Assembly: GCA_045863395.1 (NCBI GenBank) | Contig: BTVJ01000027.1 | Span: forward strand, 1 to 64,000 | Reading direction: 5' to 3' | Origin: Myxococcales bacterium | GTDB taxonomy: Bacteria > Myxococcota_A > UBA9042 > JABWCM01 > BTVJ01 | DNA length: 64,000 nt | In this document: positions 37,942-49,893 of the stretch, piece after piece | Layout of the letters: every line of letters starts with the position of its first letter | Position numbering within the stretch: position 1 is the first letter of the stretch | The notes under the pieces: model-generated | Databases searched by the model: none | What the model was told of the DNA's origin: nothing | Seen by the model: only the letters and a program-made list of their open reading frames with translations | Position numbers and translations under genes: made by a program

Positions 37942-40515
37942 ATGCGTGCGGTGCTCTTGACGGCGCTCCTCGCGAGCCTGGCGGGTTGCGTGGATTCAGC
38001 CGCTCCAGCCTTGGCCGATGCCGGCGGCGGAGACTCTGCCGGCGGGGACTCCGGGAGTGGGGACTCCGAAGCCGAGGACACAGCCATCGGGGTTGACGCT
38101 ACGGACGTGGCGGTAGCAGTGGACGCCACGCCGGACTCTGCCGCGCCGGACAGCGGGGGACCGGTCGACGCCGGCCCTGGCCATGACGCGCCGGACGCCG
38201 AGGGGGCGGACACGGGGCTCGACGGGGCAACGGGGGATGAGGACACCGCTGACGGTGGGCCGGATGCCGAGGCCTGCCTCCCCGAGCCCTGCGATGACGG
38301 GTGGACCTGCACCGCCGACCTGGTGTCTGGCGGGGCCTGCGTCCACACGCCCCTTCCCGGCTGCGTGGAGCCGTCGTGCGCGGACGGGTGCGATGACGGC
38401 GACCCTTGCACGGAGGACGTCTGCGCCCCCTGCCCGGAGGGCGCGACGGGCTGCTCCGGGTCCGCGTGCAGGCACCTCTCGCACCCCTGCGACGATGGGG
38501 ACCCCTGCACCGCCGACACGGTCACGGCGGCTGGCGGCTGCGCGCACGAGGACCTGTGTGGCTGTGATGACGGGGATCCGTGCACCCTCGATCAGACGGG
38601 GCCTGCCGGCTGCACCTGGACCCCGCTTGCCTGCGACGATGGGGATCCCTGCACCGACGATGGCTGCGATGGCGGCTGCATCCACGCCGAGATCGACTGT
38701 GACGACGCGGACCTCTGTACGGTGGATGCCTGTGGTTCCGGGGGCTGCACGCATGCGCCTGCCGACTGCGATGACGGCGACCCCTGCACCGTGGACGGCT
38801 GCGCGGGCGGCTGCACCCATGCGCCGAAGGGGTGCGACGACGGTGACCCCTGCACCGTGGACGGCTGCGCGGGTGGCTGCATGAGCTCGCTGTTGAGCTG
38901 TGACGACGGCGACGCCTGCACCGTGGACTCCTGTGGCGGCGGTGTCTGCGACCACGCTGCGGTTTCCTGCGATGACGGGGACGCTTGCACGGCCGACGGG
39001 TGCGATCCTGTCGCGGGCTGCACGACGGTCGCGCTCCCTCTGTGCGTCGTCTGCAGCAGCGCGCTCCAGTGCCAGGACGGGGACGCGTGTACCGCGGACG
39101 CCTGCATCGCTGGAGCGTGCGCACATGCGCCGGTCCCTTGCGACGACGGGGACGCTTGCTCCGTGGACTCGTGCGACCCGGTGGTGGGCTGCACGGCGGT
39201 GCTCGCGGGCTGCGCGGACGGAGACGCCTGCACGGTGGACGGGTGCGACCCGGTACTCGGCTGCACCCACGCGCCGCTCCCCTGCAACGGAGACGCCTGC
39301 GCAGTCGCGAGCTGCGACCCAGTCGACGGCTGCACCCTCGGAGCGCTGGGCTGTGACGACGGCGATCCATGCACGCTCGACGCGTGCAGTCCCGCCACGG
39401 GGTGTACCCACGGCGCTATGGTCTGCGACGATGGCAACGCCTGCACCGAGGACGCGTGCGCTGGCGGCGTCTGCGCCGCGGTGGGGGCCGGGTGCGACGA
39501 CGGCGATGCCTGCACGGCGGACTCCTGCCAGTCCGCGACGGGCTGCGTCCACGAGTCTGCCGCCTGTGGGGACGACGACCTCTGTACGACCTTCGCGTGT
39601 GATCCAGCGACGGGCTGCGACGCCACGCCGACAGCCTGTGACGACGGGGACCCATGTACCAAGGACGTGTGCTCGGTGCCTGGCGGCTGTGTGTCCACGC
39701 CGCTGTGCGACGACGGCAGCGCCTGCACCGTCGACCTGTGCAGCGCGGAGGGGGCCTGCACCTGGTCGCCCGATGGATGCGACGACGGCGACGCGTGCAC
39801 CGCGGACCTCTGCGAAGGCATCGGCTGCGTTCACATCGGCAAGGACTGCGGCGATGGGGAGCCGTGTACGTGGGATCTCTGCGATCCGGCGTCAGGCGTC
39901 TGCACGCCTGTGGTGGCGCCGCTGTGCACGGGCTGCGAGGGCGACTGGGACTGTAGTGACGGGGACGGCTGCACCACCGACGTGTGCCTGCCGGACGGCT
40001 CCTGCGGCCACGCGGCGCCCTGCGACGACGGGGACCCGTGCACCGCCGGCCTGTGTGTCTCGGGTGGGTGCGTCTTCGTGGCGACCACCTGCGGTGACGG
40101 GGACCCGTGCACCGACGACCTGTGCGTCCCGGGGGCGGGCTGCACCCACCTGCCCGACGGGGGCTGCGCTGGCTGCGTGGGAGGCCAGGACTGCGCCGAC
40201 GCGGATCCCTGCACGCTCGACACGTGCCTGCCCGGCGGCGCCTGCACCCACGGTCCGCCCACGTGCGACGACGGGGATCCCTGCACGGCCGACGTCTGCG
40301 ACCCCACCCTCGGGTGCCTCCACACCCCCGCCCTGTGCGGCGACGGCGACCCCTGCACCGACGACCTCTGCGTCCCTGGGGCTGGCTGCGACCATGCGCC
40401 CGACCCAGGGTGCAGCGGCTGTGTCAGCGACATGGACTGCGCAGACTCCGACCCCTGCACGGCGGACACCTGCGCCACTGGCGGCTCGTGCGCCCACTCC
40501 CCCGTGTGTCCCTGA
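37942..40515 (+). CDS. Lipoprotein with about 29 CDDGDPCTxDxC (Dictyostelium/myxobacterial-type) Cys-rich repeats
   Basis: Lipobox LAGC, acidic linker, tandem repeats counted by eye. Confidence 0.85.
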   Translation: MRAVLLTALLASLAGCVDSAAPALADAGGGDSAGGDSGSGDSEAEDTAIGVDATDVAVAVDATPDSAAPDSGGPVDAGPGHDAPDAEGADTGLDGATGDEDTADGGPDAEACLPEPCDDGWTCTADLVSGGACVHTPLPGCVEPSCADGCDDGDPCTEDVCAPCPEGATGCSGSACRHLSHPCDDGDPCTADTVTAAGGCAHEDLCGCDDGDPCTLDQTGPAGCTWTPLACDDGDPCTDDGCDGGCIHAEIDCDDADLCTVDACGSGGCTHAPADCDDGDPCTVDGCAGGCTHAPKGCDDGDPCTVDGCAGGCMSSLLSCDDGDACTVDSCGGGVCDHAAVSCDDGDACTADGCDPVAGCTTVALPLCVVCSSALQCQDGDACTADACIAGACAHAPVPCDDGDACSVDSCDPVVGCTAVLAGCADGDACTVDGCDPVLGCTHAPLPCNGDACAVASCDPVDGCTLGALGCDDGDPCTLDACSPATGCTHGAMVCDDGNACTEDACAGGVCAAVGAGCDDGDACTADSCQSATGCVHESAACGDDDLCTTFACDPATGCDATPTACDDGDPCTKDVCSVPGGCVSTPLCDDGSACTVDLCSAEGACTWSPDGCDDGDACTADLCEGIGCVHIGKDCGDGEPCTWDLCDPASGVCTPVVAPLCTGCEGDWDCSDGDGCTTDVCLPDGSCGHAAPCDDGDPCTAGLCVSGGCVFVATTCGDGDPCTDDLCVPGAGCTHLPDGGCAGCVGGQDCADADPCTLDTCLPGGACTHGPPTCDDGDPCTADVCDPTLGCLHTPALCGDGDPCTDDLCVPGAGCDHAPDPGCSGCVSDMDCADSDPCTADTCATGGSCAHSPVCP

Positions 40516-40829
40516 CAGGACGGCGTCACCGGCATCATCGAAGGCTGATGCCGACCCTGCGCTGCACTGGGTGCAGCCCCGCCGTGGAGAGGGCAAGCTG
40601 ACCCCCGAGCTCAACCGACGCATCCCTCGCGCGGACCTCACCGACGTGTCCGCCCCAAGCGCCGCAGCCGCGCCGGTCGGATGCTCCGATGTGCGCGGCT
40701 GGATCCCGCGCAGGGTCACCGAGTGGACGTCTACAGACGTGGTCTGGGAGGCGCCCCCCTGGGGTCCGGGGAGCTAGGGTCGTCGGGGGAGCCAGCGTGG
40801 GGTCCCGGCGCGCCGGGACCCCCAGACCG

Positions 40830-43800
40830 TCAGGGGAGCTGCCCGTCATTGATCCAGGCCTGGATGGTGTCCTGGTCCTGGGCAGTCAGGCAGTTGGGCT
40901 TGGCGGCGTCAGTCACTGGGTTGCCGCTACAGCCGCCGCCGAGCGGCATGTAGCCCGACTTGATCTGGACCAGGGCGCACTCGCCCTTGGTCTTGCCGGC
41001 GCACAGGTAGGACGCCTTCTGAGAGTCCGTGTAGCTGGTGCCGATGTTGTGGGCGCCGCTGTTGCCGCCCGTGTGGCAACCGCCGCAGTACTTGAAGAAG
41101 ATCGGCTGCACGTCGGCCCAGACCGTCGCCGGCTCAGGGTCCACGCAGACGCCGCCGCCGTCGATGCCGCCGTGGGGGCAATGCAGCGCAGAGGAGGTGG
41201 GCACGTCGGAGCCCGCCACGCCCAGGTGGTAGATGCGGCACTGGACCGTGTCGCCGTCCGCGTCGCCGGGCGACCCCGCCGCGCTGAACGCCGTGCACGC
41301 CGCCATGCAGGCGGGGGTGCTCGCGTAGAGCGCGTTGCCGCCCGTGCAGTTCATCGAGGCGAGGTGACAGTAGTTGTCGCACCAGGACCCGCAGACGGCC
41401 CCGCCGGTGGGGCCGGCGTGCGGGCAGTGGACCGCGGCCATGCCTGGCTGACCCGCGACCGTCGCGTGGTACGTGCGGCAGCCGATGGTGTTCCCGCTGG
41501 TGTCCGCGACGGTTCCCGCCGGGAGCATGGCCCACGTCCCACAGTAGGACAGACACGCCTCCTTGCTGGCGTACTGGCTGTTGCCGCCCGTACACGCGGC
41601 GGTCACCTGGTCGCAGTAGTCCTCGCAGGTGGGCTCTACGGGCTCGGGACCGACGCAGACGCCGCCGCCATCCGTTCCGCCGTGGGGGCAGTGGAGCGCC
41701 GCGGAGTCGGGCAGGTCGGAGCCGGCCACGCCCAGGTGGTAGATGCGGCACTGGACCGTGTCACCGTCCGCATCGCCCGGCAGGCCGGCCGCCGAGTATG
41801 CGCCGCAGGCGGTCATGCAGGCGGGCGTGTTGGCGAACAGCGCGTTGCCGCCCGTGCAGTTCATGCCGGCCAGGTGGCAGTAGTTGTCGCACCAGGACCC
41901 GCACACGTCGCCGCCCGTCGGCCCGGCGTGGGGGCAGTGGGTCGCCGCCATGCCCGGCTGCCCTGCCACGGTCGCGTGGTAGATGCGGCAGCCCAGGGTG
42001 TTGCCGCTCTTGTCCGCCGTCGTGCCCGCCGGGAGCATCGCCCAGGTGTCACAGTAGGCCAGGCACGCGGCGGCGCTGGCATACTGGGCGTCGCCGCCCG
42101 TGCACGACCCCATGACCGCCGTGCAGTAGTCCGCGCATGTCGGAGTGGGCCCGAGCGGATCGACGCAGACGCCGCCGCCGTCCAGTCCGCCGTGCGGACA
42201 GTGCATGGTGGCGGAGTCGGGCAGGTCGGAGCCGGCCACCCCCAGGTGGTAGATGCGGCACTGGACCGTGTCGCCGTCCGCGTCTCCCTGCGCCCCGCCG
42301 TCGTCCAGGCCAGCACACGACGCCATGCACGCGGCGGTGCTCCCGTAGATCGCGTTGGCGCCCGTGCAGTTCGTGCTCGCGAGGTGGCAGTAGTTGTCAC
42401 ACCACGAGCCGCACACCTCGCCACCAGCCGGACCCGCGTGCGGACAGTGCGTCGCCGCGTTGCCGGGCTGTGCGGCGACCTGTGCGTGGTAGAGGCGGCA
42501 CCCGATGGTGTTTCCGCTGGTGTCGCCGGTCTTGCCCGGGGGCAGCATCGCCCACGTGCCGCAGTAGGAGAGGCAGGCCGCCTCACTGCCGTACTGTGCG
42601 TTGCCGCCCGTGCACGCGGCGCTGACGGTGGCGCAGTACTCGGCGCAGGTCGGGGGTGGGTCCACGCAGACGCCGCCGCCGTCCACCCCGCCATGGGGGC
42701 AGTGCTCGGCGGCGGACGCCGGCTTGTTGGAGCCGGCCACGCCCAGATGGTAGATGCGGCACTGGACCGTGTCACCGCCAGCGTCGCCGGACGCGCCTCC
42801 GTCGCTCATGGCGGCGCAGGCCGCCTGGCACTGGGGCAGGCTGCCGTACAGGGCGTTGCCGCCCGTGCAGTTGGTCATGGCGAGCTGGCAGTAGGTGTCG
42901 CACCAGGAGCCGCACACATCGCCGCCCGACGGGCCCGCGTGGGGGCAGTGTGCCGCGGCGTTGCCCGGCGTGCCCGCCACGGTCGCGTGGTAGAGGCGGC
43001 ACCCGATCGTGTTACCCGCCGTGTCCGCATAGCTGCCGGCCGGCATGGACGACGCCGTGATGCAGTACGCGATGCACGCAGCCTCGCTCGGGTACTGGGC
43101 GTTGGCGCCGGTGCACGCCGCGCTCACCGTGGCGCAATACTCGGCGCAGGTCGGGGGCGGCTCGGAGCACACGCCGCCGCCGTCGATGCCGCCGTGGGGG
43201 CAGTGGGACGCCGCGGAGGCCGGCGGCGCCGACCCCGCGACACCCAGGTGGTAGATGCGGCACTGCACCGAGTCGCCGTCGATGGCGTTCGGCGCGGCGT
43301 CGTCGGCGAAGGCGCCGCACGCCGCCTGGCACGCGGCGTCGCTTGCGAACAGGGCGTTGCCTCCGGTGCAGTTGGTGCCGGCCAGGTGGCAGTAGTTGTC
43401 GCACCACGACCCGCACACGTCCCCGCCCGACGGGCCGGCGTGGGGGCAGTGTGCGTCCGCGTTGCCCGGCATACCCGCGACGGTCGCGTGGTAGAGGCGG
43501 CACCCGACGGTGTTGCCGCCGACGTCGTCGAAGGAGCCCGCGGGGAGCTGCGCCCAGTCCTCACAGTAGGCGATGCACTCGATCTCGCTCCCGTACTGTG
43601 CGTTGCCGCCCGTGCACGCCGCCTGGATGGTCTGGCAGTACTCCTCGCAGGTGGGGGTGGGCTCGGGCTCCACGCACACGCCCCCCCCATCGGCCGCGCC
43701 GTGCGGGCAGTGCGCAGCCGCGGACGCCGCGTCCGTGCCGGCGACACCCAGGTGGTAGATGCGGCACTGGACCGAGTCCCCGTCGGCGGCGCCTGGAGCG

Positions 43801-45473
43801 CCCGTGGCGTCCATGGCGACGCACGCCTCCAGGCACTTGTCGCTGTTCGGGTAGATGGCGTTCGCCCCCGTGCAGTTGCCCGTGGCCAGGTGGCAGTAGT
43901 TGGTGCACCAGGTGCCGCAGACGTTGCCGCCGGACGGACCGGCGTGGGGGCAGTGCATCGCCGCGTTGCCCGGCTGCGCTGCCACGCTTGCGTGGTAGAT
44001 GCGGCAGCCGATGGTGTTGCCGGCGGTGTCCTGGAGCGTCCCCGCCGGCAGCTTGCCCTGGGTCGCGCAGTACGTGAGGCAGGCGGCTTCGGTCGCGTAC
44101 TGTGCGTTGGCCCCCGTGCACGCCGCCATCACGGTGGCGCAGTAGTCCTCACACGTGGGCTCCGTGGGGCCCGGCTCCACGCACACGCCGCCGCCGTCCG
44201 GCGCCCCGTGGGGGCAGTGGGTGGTCGCCATGGCGCCTCCCTGGCCCGCGACGCCCAGGTGGTAGATGCGACACTGCACCGAGTCGCCGTCGGCGTCGCC
44301 GGGTGCGCCATCGGAGTTCAAGGCCTCGCATGCCGCGGTGCACTCGCCGGCGTCGGCGTAGATGGCGTCGCCCCCGGTGCAGTTGGTGATCGCCAGGTGG
44401 CAGTAGTTGTCGCACCACGACCCGCACACGTCGCCGCCCGTGGGGCCCGCGTGGGGGCAGTGCGCTGCCGCGTTGCCGGGGGTGGCGGCCACCGTCGCGT
44501 GGTAGATGCGGCACCCGACCGTGTTGCCGCTGGTGTCCGACAGGGAGCCGAGCGGCAGCTTGCCCTGCTGGCCGCAGTAGGTCAGGCAGTCGGCGTGGCT
44601 CGCGTACTGGGCGTTGTCGCCCGTGCACGCGGCGGTCACCGCATCGCAGTAGTCCTCGCAGGTCGGGTCCGTGGGGCCGGGATCCACGCAGACCCCGCCA
44701 CCATCGGGAGCGCCGTGCGGGCAGTGGGTCGCACTGGACAGCGGCGGGTTCGTGCCCGCCACGCCCAGATGGTAGATGCGGCACTGCACCGAGTCGCCGT
44801 CGACGGCGCCGATCTCTCCGGCGTCCGAGAACGCGTCGCACGCGGTCGTGCACTCGGAGTCCAACTGGTAGAGCATGTGGGCGCCCTGGCAGTTCTTGGC
44901 GGCCAGGTGGCAGTAGTTGTCGCACCAGGAGCCGCAGACGCCGCCGCCCGTCGGGCCGGCGTGCGGGCAGTGGGCGTCCGCATTGCCCGGCTGCGCGGCC
45001 ACTGTGGCGTGGTACGTGCGGCACGCGATGGAGTTGCCCAAGGTGTCGCCCGGGTCGCCGGCCGGGAAGGCCGCGATGGTTCCACAGTAGTCGAGGCACT
45101 CCTCGATGCTCGGGTACTGGGCGTTGCCCCCGGTGCATGCTGCCTGGACCGCTGAACAGTAGTCGGCGCAGCTCGGCTCGGTCGGAGGGACGTCGGCCCC
45201 CGTGTCAGTGCCGGTGTCACCGCCGCCGGTGTCACCTCCACCCGTGTCGCCGCCAGTGTCGCCGCCCCCAGCATCGCCGCCGGTGTCGCCGCCCGTGTCG
45301 CCGCCACCCGTGTCGCCGCCGGCGTCAGAGCCCGTGTCCGCGCCGCCCGTGTCTGCGCCGGTATCTGCCGTCGTGTCCTCGGTCGTGGCCGGCGAGTCGC
45401 CCTCGTCGGGGCACCCGGCCAGAATGACGGCCGCCAGAAGCGCCGTCCCCCATGCTACAAGCCTCGTCCTCAT
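40830..45473 (-). CDS. Lipoprotein with eight ~168-aa Cys/His-rich repeats and a C-terminal monoheme cytochrome c domain
   Basis: RBS GGAGG; lipobox LAGC; GGDT linker; repeats CxxYC...CRxYH...HCPH; CGGCH at 41073-41087 with a downstream MP. Confidence 0.85.
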   Translation of the reverse strand: MRTRLVAWGTALLAAVILAGCPDEGDSPATTEDTTADTGADTGGADTGSDAGGDTGGGDTGGDTGGDAGGGDTGGDTGGGDTGGGDTGTDTGADVPPTEPSCADYCSAVQAACTGGNAQYPSIEECLDYCGTIAAFPAGDPGDTLGNSIACRTYHATVAAQPGNADAHCPHAGPTGGGVCGSWCDNYCHLAAKNCQGAHMLYQLDSECTTACDAFSDAGEIGAVDGDSVQCRIYHLGVAGTNPPLSSATHCPHGAPDGGGVCVDPGPTDPTCEDYCDAVTAACTGDNAQYASHADCLTYCGQQGKLPLGSLSDTSGNTVGCRIYHATVAATPGNAAAHCPHAGPTGGDVCGSWCDNYCHLAITNCTGGDAIYADAGECTAACEALNSDGAPGDADGDSVQCRIYHLGVAGQGGAMATTHCPHGAPDGGGVCVEPGPTEPTCEDYCATVMAACTGANAQYATEAACLTYCATQGKLPAGTLQDTAGNTIGCRIYHASVAAQPGNAAMHCPHAGPSGGNVCGTWCTNYCHLATGNCTGANAIYPNSDKCLEACVAMDATGAPGAADGDSVQCRIYHLGVAGTDAASAAAHCPHGAADGGGVCVEPEPTPTCEEYCQTIQAACTGGNAQYGSEIECIAYCEDWAQLPAGSFDDVGGNTVGCRLYHATVAGMPGNADAHCPHAGPSGGDVCGSWCDNYCHLAGTNCTGGNALFASDAACQAACGAFADDAAPNAIDGDSVQCRIYHLGVAGSAPPASAASHCPHGGIDGGGVCSEPPPTCAEYCATVSAACTGANAQYPSEAACIAYCITASSMPAGSYADTAGNTIGCRLYHATVAGTPGNAAAHCPHAGPSGGDVCGSWCDTYCQLAMTNCTGGNALYGSLPQCQAACAAMSDGGASGDAGGDTVQCRIYHLGVAGSNKPASAAEHCPHGGVDGGGVCVDPPPTCAEYCATVSAACTGGNAQYGSEAACLSYCGTWAMLPPGKTGDTSGNTIGCRLYHAQVAAQPGNAATHCPHAGPAGGEVCGSWCDNYCHLASTNCTGANAIYGSTAACMASCAGLDDGGAQGDADGDTVQCRIYHLGVAGSDLPDSATMHCPHGGLDGGGVCVDPLGPTPTCADYCTAVMGSCTGGDAQYASAAACLAYCDTWAMLPAGTTADKSGNTLGCRIYHATVAGQPGMAATHCPHAGPTGGDVCGSWCDNYCHLAGMNCTGGNALFANTPACMTACGAYSAAGLPGDADGDTVQCRIYHLGVAGSDLPDSAALHCPHGGTDGGGVCVGPEPVEPTCEDYCDQVTAACTGGNSQYASKEACLSYCGTWAMLPAGTVADTSGNTIGCRTYHATVAGQPGMAAVHCPHAGPTGGAVCGSWCDNYCHLASMNCTGGNALYASTPACMAACTAFSAAGSPGDADGDTVQCRIYHLGVAGSDVPTSSALHCPHGGIDGGGVCVDPEPATVWADVQPIFFKYCGGCHTGGNSGAHNIGTSYTDSQKASYLCAGKTKGECALVQIKSGYMPLGGGCSGNPVTDAAKPNCLTAQDQDTIQAWINDGQLP

Positions 45474-45753
45474 GTGTCCTCCGGCTACAAGTCGATCTGC
45501 TCCGTGGCGCAGCGCGCGCCGCGGGGTGGGTCGCAAAGTCTCTACGCGCCCGACGGGGGAATCAGATCGGTTGGATCCGATCAGGGATGCACAATCCGCG
45601 GCGAGTCAGGGACGGGGCGCGGAGACCGTGCGGGCGGTGACGGGATTAGTAGCAGCACCCGCGGACAGAAGGCAACCCCAGCGAGCGGTATTGGCGCGGA
45701 ATTGATGGGATACGACTACGATCTGCCCCCACGGACCTGCCGAAGGACGTGGT

Positions 45754-47841
<2,088 letters not shown>

Positions 47842-48005
47842 CAGGGTCAGCAACGAATAGCTGCACGCCCCTCATGGCCGCCTTCGGGCGGCTCGGCCCC
47901 GCCCAACCCCGGGAGGTACCAGGAGTACATCCGCGGGGTTGGCCGAGGCCGATCCGCCGCGAACTCGGCGCATGAGGGCCGCGCCCAGATTTGTTGCTGA
48001 CCCTG
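47842..48005. mobile_element. 164-bp MITE, copy 2
   Basis: IR CAGGGTCAGCAACGAAT / ATTTGTTGCTGACCCTG (16/17 match); TGA direct repeat at 47839-41 and 48006-08. Confidence 0.9.
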
Positions 48006-48012
48006 TGAGAGC

Positions 48013-49878
48013 CTACTGGCTCAGGTCGCTGGACGACTTGACGAGGTTCTTGGCCTGATACTGGTTCACGGTGAAGGTCTGGCGCCGCCACGACGCCCCG
48101 TTGGTCACGACCGCGTAGTTGTCGCCCTGGTACTGGTCGTCGCTGATCAGCAGCTCCGTGCTGGTCCCGTCGGTCAGCGTGACCTGGAGGCGGAACGCCT
48201 TGTCCTTGCTGAGCCCCGCCTCGTCTGCGCCCTTCTCGGGCACGAAGGCCTTGGCCTTCAGGTTGACCAGCGTGGTGACGAGCGAGCTGATCTTCGTGGC
48301 GTCGCCGCTCAGCCCCGTGGGCACCGCGATCTTCCACGCCTTGGTGGCGTCGGGCTCGGCCGGGTCCCGCTCCAGCTCCACGGCCTCGCCGCCGCTCCCC
48401 TTCTGGAGGACGATGCGCGCCATGGCCTCCCGCGTGAAGGGGAACACCTGCTTGTCACGGAGCTCCGTCTGGGTCCGGTCGAGCTTCTTCGCGCTGTAGG
48501 AGCTCGCCTGCCAGACCTCCGCGGAGTCACCCTCGCGCCCCACCCAGGTCTTGCCGTCCGCCTCGCCGCCGATGAGCAGGACCACGTCGGCTCCACCCGC
48601 CCGCACGACCACCCGCTTCGCCGTCGGACCGAGCCCCGTGGTCTCGACGGGCGGGGGCGGCGCCACGAAGTCCGTGACCGCGAAGGCCTCGATGTCCCGC
48701 AGCAGGGTGTTGACCTCGTCGGTCCCCAGCTCGAAGCCCGCGGGCTTGACGGCGCTCCACTGATCGCCGACCCGCTGGATGTCGACACCTGCCTCGGCGA
48801 ACGCCACCCCCTCGATCTGGTCGGCCTTGAGCCCGAGCACCTTCTTCTCTCGCAGGTCGGACACGGTCTTCTTCAGCGTCCCCGCGGTGTACTTGGAGAT
48901 CTTGTACGCCTCGGTGCCACCCCTCAGCGTGGCCCAGGTGTTGGCCCCGTCCTCCGCGCCGAGCGCCAGCGTCACGGTCTTGCCGTCTCGCAGCTCCGCA
49001 GTGATCTCGAAGGGCTTGTCGGACTCCGCGAGACCCCCGTCCGCCGCGGCGTCGAGCCCCACGTACTCCGCGACCCGCAGGCCCGCCAGGCCCGCCAGGA
49101 GCGCCGACGGGCTGCCGAGGACCTTGTCGGCGGGCACCTCGAACGCCCAGTCTCCGTCGCCCGCAGGCGCATCGCCCTCCGGCGGCGGTGCCCTGTCCAC
49201 GAGCACGATCTGCGGATGCGCCTCGTCGGCCGGGTTCCGGAGCGTCAGCTTGCGGATGTCCGCCTTCTCGAAGTCGAACAGCTTCTTGTCCCGCAGGTCG
49301 TTCACCTCGATGGCGAACGGCGTGTGCAAGTCCTTGCCGCCCATGCGGAAGATCTGCCCGCCGCCCTTCTCCGTGACCCAGGTGTCGATCTCGTCGGCCC
49401 CCGCCTCCGGGTCCTCCGCCTTCTCGCTGCCGCCCACCACGAAGCTCGCCCAGGGGGCGCCGCCCTTGAAGATCTCGACGGTGGTCGCCTCGTTCTCGGC
49501 CAGGCCGTAGAGCGCGAGGTCCTCCTCCTTGTACGCCTTGGCGAACAGGCTCTCCGTGGGGGTCTGGAGCGGCATCAGCATCTGCTTGACCTTGAACTGC
49601 TCCACCCGCGCGTCCACGGGCTCGGACATGCGCCACACGTCCTCGTCCTTCTCCTTGGTCTTCGTCAACACGACGCGCCGCCCGGCCCGCTCGATGACGA
49701 TGCGGTCGAAGCCCGGGTCCTTCAGGTCGGTGGTGGTCTTCGCCGCCGTCGCCGCGTCCTCCAGGAAGCCGGGGATCGTCAGCGTCGCCTGGCGGTCGTC
49801 GGTCTTGCGCTCCATGAGCAGGACGGCAGCCAGCAGCGCAGCGAAGGCCAGCAGAACGAACAGGGTCGTCTTCTTCAT
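48013..49878 (-). CDS. DUF4340 repeat protein (three repeats), accessory to the Gld-like ABC system
   Basis: N-terminal TM helix; repeated W....P...L..L...GL...LR[DE]K units; typical position after gldG. Confidence 0.8.
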   Translation of the reverse strand: MKKTTLFVLLAFAALLAAVLLMERKTDDRQATLTIPGFLEDAATAAKTTTDLKDPGFDRIVIERAGRRVVLTKTKEKDEDVWRMSEPVDARVEQFKVKQMLMPLQTPTESLFAKAYKEEDLALYGLAENEATTVEIFKGGAPWASFVVGGSEKAEDPEAGADEIDTWVTEKGGGQIFRMGGKDLHTPFAIEVNDLRDKKLFDFEKADIRKLTLRNPADEAHPQIVLVDRAPPPEGDAPAGDGDWAFEVPADKVLGSPSALLAGLAGLRVAEYVGLDAAADGGLAESDKPFEITAELRDGKTVTLALGAEDGANTWATLRGGTEAYKISKYTAGTLKKTVSDLREKKVLGLKADQIEGVAFAEAGVDIQRVGDQWSAVKPAGFELGTDEVNTLLRDIEAFAVTDFVAPPPPVETTGLGPTAKRVVVRAGGADVVLLIGGEADGKTWVGREGDSAEVWQASSYSAKKLDRTQTELRDKQVFPFTREAMARIVLQKGSGGEAVELERDPAEPDATKAWKIAVPTGLSGDATKISSLVTTLVNLKAKAFVPEKGADEAGLSKDKAFRLQVTLTDGTSTELLISDDQYQGDNYAVVTNGASWRRQTFTVNQYQAKNLVKSSSDLSQ

Positions 49879-49893
49879 GGTCGCCTCCCCGAA

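Noticed and set aside
37942..40515. Cys-rich repeat protein as a multiheme cytochrome
   Set aside because: There are no CxxCH motifs; the repeats match the common disulfide/Ca-binding CDDGxxCTxD type.
40516..40829. Possible gene remnant between convergent genes
   Set aside because: Some protein-like translation, but no start, RBS or recognisable motif.
40689..45155. 1488-aa plus-strand ORF, and similar long antisense ORFs (1134..3740, 27042..29297, 31668..34265, 49216..51465)
   Set aside because: These are shadow ORFs caused by high GC3 on the opposite coding strand; they show no motifs.
41135..45185. DNA-level repeats as a possible diversity-generating retroelement template/variable pair
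   Set aside because: No reverse transcriptase is in the window, and the differences are ordinary codon-level divergence rather than adenine-specific.
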